NCBI RefSeq assembly: GCF_009914755.1
Contig: NC_060948.1
Length of the DNA stretch: 64,000 bases
Direction: 5' to 3' (one strand)
Source of the DNA: the human T2T-CHM13v2.0 reference genome, Homo sapiens
A program made the position numbers and the translations under genes. Of the stretch, positions 56,660-64,000 are shown one piece after another. Under the pieces are notes generated by a model. It did no database searches. It was not told the DNA's origin and was given only the letters and a program-made list of their open reading frames with translations. Every line of letters starts with the position of its first letter. Within the stretch, counting starts at the first letter, position 1.

Positions 56660-56947
56660 CATTTTTGAGACAGAGTCTTAACTGGGTCACCCAGGCAGGA
56701 GTGCAGTGGCACAATCCTGGCTCACTGCAATCTCCAACTTTGGGTTCAAGTGATTATTCTGTCTCAGCCTCCTGAATAATTGGACCAAAGGCATTCACCA
56801 CCATGCCCGGCTAATTTTTGTATTTGAAGTAGAGATGGGTTTTAGCCATATTACCCAGGCTGGTCTTGAACTCCTGACCTCAAGTGATCCACCCAACTCA
56901 GTCTCACACAGTGCTTGGATTACAGATGTGAGCCATTGCACCTTGCG
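56660..56947 (-). mobile_element. Alu
   Basis: Reverse-complement Alu. Confidence 0.85.
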
Positions 56948-57578
56948 TTTTACTAATTTTCTTTCGATCTTATGTATAGTTGCTGGTAGCGAAAGAGCCA
57001 GGAAGTAATCAACACATCATAGATACACACAACTAAATTTCTGAGAGGAATATATTTCCAATATCAAGTAAGTTACTATAGAAAATTATTAACAAAGTCC
57101 TCATTCAAGAGGATTGCAGAAACCGAACTATGCTTAATGAGATTAGTATCATAATGTGGTACAAAGACACTGAATAAGTTTATATGTTAACATTTTGTTG
57201 TGGTTGCAGGTAGGCTTTCATTGTTTAAACCACCTACAGTGCCCCACTGAAACTTGAATGGCAGTGAGGCAGTCAGGATTTGGAGAAAGGCCTAGCAAGA
57301 ACAATCAGGGCACAAGGACAGAATCCTGGATTTGCCTATGGTGTGCTTTATGATCTTTCACAAGGTAACTGAGAACTAATCAGTGTAGACAGCATATCTT
57401 CTGTCATAAATTAGATATTTCAACCAAATTTATTCTCTTAAATTTATCTGTCCTTACTCTAAGTAGTTAAATCCACTGTATTCAAGATTTAAAATTGAAT
57501 CCAAAGGCTGTTTAATGTTACAAAGAAATATGAAGTTACCTTAAGTTAAAATTGTTCAGTGGATATGGAAATAACTAT

Positions 57579-57888
57579 GGTCTGGCACAGTGGCTCATGC
57601 CTGTAATCCCAGCACTCTGGGAGGCTGAGGCGGGTGGATCATGAGGTCAGGAGATCGAGACCATCCTGGCTAACATGGTGAAACTCCGTCTCTACTAAAT
57701 ACAAAAAATTAGCTGGGCGAGCGTGGTGGCAGGTGCCTGTAGTCCCGGCAAGCTGGGAGGCTGAGGCAGGAGAATGGTGTGAACCTGGGAGGCAGAGCTT
57801 ACAGTGAGCCCAAGGTCACGTCACTGCTCTTCAGCTTCGGCGGCAGAGCGTGAGACTCCATCTCAAAAAAAAAAAAAAAAAAAAAAGA
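57579..57888 (+). mobile_element. AluY-like
   Basis: Alu consensus, long poly(A). Confidence 0.88.
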
Positions 57889-59835
57889 ACTACCAACAGA
57901 AATAACTACAAACATCTCCCAAAATTATTCTTAATGTTGACATAAATGATGTTATCTCAGGAGTCTATTTTAATGTGTGTTTCAATGATCTCTTCATTAG
58001 AAGCCTCTAGGTGAGAAGGACTCATTGAGTTTCAATCACACAAATATTTCCAGAGAAAGACTTACATTTTCTTTAAAAGCTGTGCTCTTTTACAGTTTTC
58101 ATTGGTGGTAATGAATATCTGACAGTAGAGAACAAATTTTGTAATTCCTAAATACCTGACTAGTAGTATCATTTTTATATATAAAATATTTAGTTTCATT
58201 CATCAGGAATTAATCATGCACCTACCTTAATATCAACCCAGCAAATTTAGAATCACACTGTACCTATAAATATAAACACTGTCCTACTGAAGGTGAGCAT
58301 GCAATCATGCTGATATTGGGTTGCCATCTTTTCCTCTGAAACAACAAAGAGGTTCTGCATGTTATTGCCTTCAACATATGCATTTGCTAGTTTCTGTTGC
58401 CATTGTTAAAAATGACTCATTTGACAATTTTTTAATACTTTCTAGCCTAGAAAGCTTATTAGTGTTACTTGACACAACCATTCAGCACATATTGCTGCTA
58501 AATAGATGATTTGCCACCAAATAATGGAATCTGTAATTTGTAGGAAGAACAAAAAGCTAGGTTCCAGGAATCCCAAAGCAGAAATCCTACTATGCGTTAT
58601 AGTAATTTGGAATTCTGCCTTAGTTTATTAGTGATGAAGAGATTCATAAAGCTTTGTTGGAGATACTGCATCCATGACATTGCATCCAGCAATGTTCTCT
58701 ACTGTCATAAGGGTTACTCAAGATACATACTAGTTTCACTTATTTCACATTTGTACCCATGAATCAGTGACACAACTCTTCAAAATGTGGATTATCTACA
58801 CACAAGACAGAAAGGCTAAGATATGACTGTATACTGTGTTTCAGAAATTATGGATATAATCCTCAAACACATCCAAATGAATATAGTTGGAATAATGGCT
58901 ACCCACTTCTGGGTAAAATAAAATGCATTGTAAATCTTAGCTTTTTAGTTAAAATGTAACTATAGTATTAACCATTTTTGTTCATGCTCTCTTTTAACCT
59001 CATTGCAATGAAAAGAATAGTGGATGGTATACAGACCATCATTCTCCTGCATTTGAGTAAAATTATAAAAGATGATTTATTGCACATTCTTGGAGAAGCA
59101 AATTAATTTTCACAACTTTTCTAGGTTTCTCATTGCCAACGGATCACTTCTTATAAAGAAATAGAAGACAGTTCTGCTGAATTAAGAAAGGACGTATCAA
59201 TTGGTCTCAATTTTTTTCTGTTTTAACTGAGGCCTTATTCGAGGATAGTCAAGATATGCATTGTCTGTTTTTGCTTTATTTTGTTTTGTTTTGTTTTAAG
59301 TTGGCACTGTGGAGCCAGAAAAAGGTGCCTTGCTGCTCAGTTCAAGTTAACAGAGGCTATACTGGTCTTACAGAAGATCCAGAGGGCAGATTGGCCAGGA
59401 AAGCAGTGCTATGGTCATGAGCCATTAAAGTGTTCCCCTCAGGGTGTGTTAATAACAGCTGACGCATTAGAGGGATTCCCTCTAGAGTCATTGGCATTGA
59501 TTTTTTAAGCCTTTTTTCCCCCTGTTGACATACAGAGAGACACAAAGCTAGGGAAGCAATAATTTTACTCTGGTTACTGTAGGTTCTGGTGTAAAATCAC
59601 CAGTCTCGAAAGTCACATGTAAATATGGGACCCATCTGAATAAAGAGTGTTCCTCTTGGGAAATATGCTGTATTATCAAAAGGAGGAGTTTTGTGAACCG
59701 TTAACTATAGTTTAAACTCAGTGTACCGGTTCTTCTGAAGTTCTTATAGTAACAGATTGTAGTGACAATGGTTTCTTTTATTTCAACTCATTGAAGTTCC
59801 AGTTATTCCTTTCTACCAACCCCAAAAATGTATTC

Positions 59836-61381
59836 TAAAAACTGAAACAAAGTGATGGTACTCTTTTGGAAAAGTCCATCTCCACATCTCTGACCATCCC
59901 CATACCAAGATTTATTTTGACAAAAATAGTTTTGGTGGTACCTCACTGATGGCAATCAATGTATTCAGTTGTAATTTTGTAAAGATTTAGGAAGTTCTGA
60001 TTAGCTCCATCACTGCAGTTAGAAAAGCAGTCTCATCTACATTGTTGAAAAAGAAAGTTATTCGTAGAAAGAGGAGGTGGCTGGCAAGCTCCAACTGGAA
60101 AAGCATTCAGAAGGCAAGAAGGTGAATTAGTGAAGTGGAAAGAGATGTTGAATGAAAATGTACGCAAATTTTTGATGACAAACCATGTAAATCATAGGTT
60201 ATGTACAATCCTAAAGACAGAAGATTGATGGCCCTACATCAACCTTATTGCCAGAGAAAAACAAAAGGAGACACATGCCACTGTAGTCTTTCCTAAAATA
60301 CAAAGTTCCAAAAAAATAAAAATAAACATAGATATAATAAACTGAGAGGATGAGAGTGAATAAGGGACTGATGGTCAATAAGACTATCTGGAAGTCACTG
60401 AAGAAATAAAGCAATAAACAGAAAAAATGAACCATGTTTTAAAAAGCTGCAGGAAGATGATCGGCTCATGCCATATGGTGCAAGTTGGGTTTGCCTGGTT
60501 CAGTTGAAGCCAGAACCTACAAATAATACATGAATAATAGAGATCCATTTCCATTTACACTTCCTGCATGGCACAAATTTTGGCTTTCTTATTTAATGAA
60601 ATAATGCAGTAACAGAGTTCATGATGATGACAAGCTTTAAGTTATGTTTAGCTTTTTGTGACCCCTTATTTCCTCCCTTCCTTCCTTCCTCCCTTCTTTC
60701 CTTCCTTCCTTCACTCCTTCTTTGCTCGTTTTAAATTAGGAGTCCAATTGAACCATGCCTTGTGCTTTCTTTGACCTAACCTACAGTCTTTAAAATATTA
60801 CTGATTGGACCATAATATCAGGTGGCTAAGGAAAGGCAGTGGATAATTCAATTTGATTTAGTTTGTCTTTGGTTTGAAACTTAAGGCCGTGAAATGCTAT
60901 CATCTCCAGCAGCCTAAGTAGGAGTAGTTCCACCACAGAAATAGGTGATAATTAATTTATTTAACGATTCACTTTTGAAGTCTTCAAGAACTTAGTTGAA
61001 ATAAAGATGGTATAGTCTACCAATAAAATGAGTTAAGACTTTAAGATCAATCAGAGGTAAGGCAAAGCTGATGTTGTGTTACTAATTTTCTCTGAGAAAA
61101 TGACATGGAGCAAGATTTGAGACCATCAAAAAACAAACAAAAAATGGTACTTAATTGAATTTAAAAGAAGTTAGATGACTTTAAATTTATTTAAAGATAT
61201 TTAAAAATCTATGTCTGATATCACAAAATTGAATGTTTTATAATGAAATAAACTTGTTTTGAGTTTTAAAGTTACACAACCATACCCACAAATTATTTTT
61301 GTTAGTTAATGGAAAAGAACACAAATTCCACCTATTGACATACTGGAAAAATAATAAAAAGGAATACACAACTTAAGTATT

Positions 61382-61415
<34 letters not shown>

Positions 61416-62035
61416 TTCTAAGCGATATAGAGAGTTGCTTCTATTTAGGTTGCTTAAAAATGTTTCAAACTTGTGTCTTGTTCTTCTCTTTAAAAATAAA
61501 GAAAAAAACACAGGCAATATAAAAACTAACCAAAATGAAATAAATAAAATTTTTAACAGAAGTGGAGAATAAGTCTGGACGATGTCACTGGGAAATCCAT
61601 GAGGGCTAAACTTGGATATACATAAGATGCTTAGAGAAATGTCTTAAAGCAGTATTTGCAAAGTAAGCACACTGTTTTCACTTACTTTATATGTGATACA
61701 TTGGGCCAAGAGTTGGGGGAGAGCCACTGTTTGTCCCTGCACTGATCCTCAGTCACAGGCTATGACAGTGGTAGTGAAAATTAGATAATAGGTCTGATAT
61801 AGAACATTCAAATTGAGTGTGAGATAATACACATTTGCAGACCTCAGGCACAGTGCAAAAGTTCCACATTTGCAGTGACTACTATTTTCCTGAAAAAAAA
61901 GTTTATAAATGCTGGGAGAAGTAAGCTGTACCATTACAGATCTGAGACATCTGGAGACGGAAACTCATTATCTGCTGCAAGTCTTGACAGCTGGAACTTC
62001 ACTGATAGCTCATGCAAATATTCCCCTATGGTAAC
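59836..62035 (-). pseudogene. Candidate decayed three-exon gene remnant, weakly HSF-family-like
   Basis: Donor aaa|gtaagt at 61686; 84-nt phase-1/1 exon 60516-60433; acceptor tctttag| at 60210 followed by a long frame with only two TGA stops. Family call is by eye only. Confidence 0.3.
61385..61412. repeat. (CA)n microsatellite
   Basis: ~14 AC units. Confidence 0.9.
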
Positions 62036-62952
62036 TATGGTTACCAATACTATACTGTAACTTAAAAAACTTGTTCATAGAGTAGATCTTTATTGTTCTC
62101 CCCCAAAACAAAGAAACAAAAAACACACTAAACAGATACCAAACACAATGAAATTATCTTAAAGCGTACTAGAAATAATGATGAATTTCCTATACATGAA
62201 TGGTATAGCAAGAAGTTTCTAAAAAGCAACAATTAAAAATGAAGTAGGGTTATTTCAAGCCATGATCTAAAATAATATTTTTTTAAAAAAACTATCGTTA
62301 AAGTGTGAATGTGAAATAAAGATACTTTATATATACAAAACTTGAAAGGATGTAGTATAGACAGTTTGTTTGATGAAATAATTTCTTAAGGTAAAGTTCC
62401 GGGAAAGAGGAAATTTCATACAAAAGGGAAAATTCAAGAAGTAAGGTGAGTAAAGAAATTAATTAAGAACATATCCTTAAGGTAGCATTAGCAATGTAAA
62501 CAATAACACTAACAATGTGTAATTAAGCATATAGGTAAGGTGCACCTAAAATTCTAAACAATATGATTAGAATTTAATTACAATTTAATTGATAGAGTTT
62601 ATGAGAACAAACAAAATTATGAGCCATATAAAATGAATGTAGTAAAAAAACCTGAAAATTTTCAAGGAAAAGTATTAAATTTTATTGAAGGGCATAATAA
62701 GTGAAAGCCAAAATACACATAAAAATGTGTGCCAGGCAATTGTTAAAAAAATCTTCACATGGTAAGACATCTTTTTCCATATTAATGTATAAATTAAGGC
62801 AATAATAATAAAAATTACAGCAAGATGGTTCGTGCTCATTGACAACCTGATTCTAAATATGTAATTGAAAAGGGGTGGGACTCATCTAGGCAAATTTGTA
62901 GTAAGTGCGGGAGAACAATGGAATGGAAGAGGAAGATGGAAAAGAGGACTCT

Positions 62953-63260
<308 letters not shown>

Positions 63261-63664
63261 GAGGACTCCGTTTAATAGTGCACACTTTTATACAGCTATT
63301 TCTGAATATTATAGTATGGAAAAACCTATTGCAAATAGAATTAACCCGGAACTAAGTACAGTATTATGACAGAAGTTACAGTCTAAGCAATGCTGAAGTA
63401 ATGCAGTAATATCTTAATATCCTAATGCAATAATACCCTAAGAAAAAAATTGAAGGCAAATGGGGTAAACATATTTGTTAATGACATATAAAAATAAATT
63501 GTTATGTCATAGTTTACAAAATAGTAAATAGATGAGGATTTTAAAAATACTTGTAAACACCAAAGCTGCCAAATTGCTAGAAGAAAATATTAGAGAATAA
63601 TTTATACTATCAGAAAAATACTGTTAATAACATTTAAAAGGATTTGATAAAAAATAAAAATTTT

Positions 63665-63998
<334 letters not shown>

Positions 63999-64000
63999 CA

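Overview
Human (hominid) Y-chromosome ampliconic DNA, AZFb-type. Minus strand: a complete RBMY1 gene, with a non-coding exon 1 ending at 16364 and 11 coding exons from 14498 to 2343 that splice to 1491 nt = 496 aa + stop (RRM plus 4 SRGY boxes). The T71/S116 variants match my recollection of RBMY1F/J. Head-to-head across a CpG island is an intron-containing TSPY pseudogene (+, ~17435-19588). Further right is a fragmentary RBMY2-type pseudogene (+, ~29440-37950) lacking exons 4, 5 and 7-12. The rest is Alu/L1/MER1/LTR12/HERV-K(HML) sequence and a ~2 kb degenerate minisatellite. Best observations: (1) an orphan trypsin-like exon at 25142-25375, possibly a relic of the lost Y gene PRSSLY; (2) a ~58-bp twin-primed micro-L1 that records the order of SRGY exon duplications; (3) a dead fifth SRGY exon; (4) U12 minor-intron signals in the TSPY pseudogene; (5) a candidate decayed three-exon, weakly HSF-like gene at 59.8-62 kb. 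Family assignments rely on recalled sequences and by-eye alignment; no searches were run. No prokaryote-type system or CRISPR array is present.
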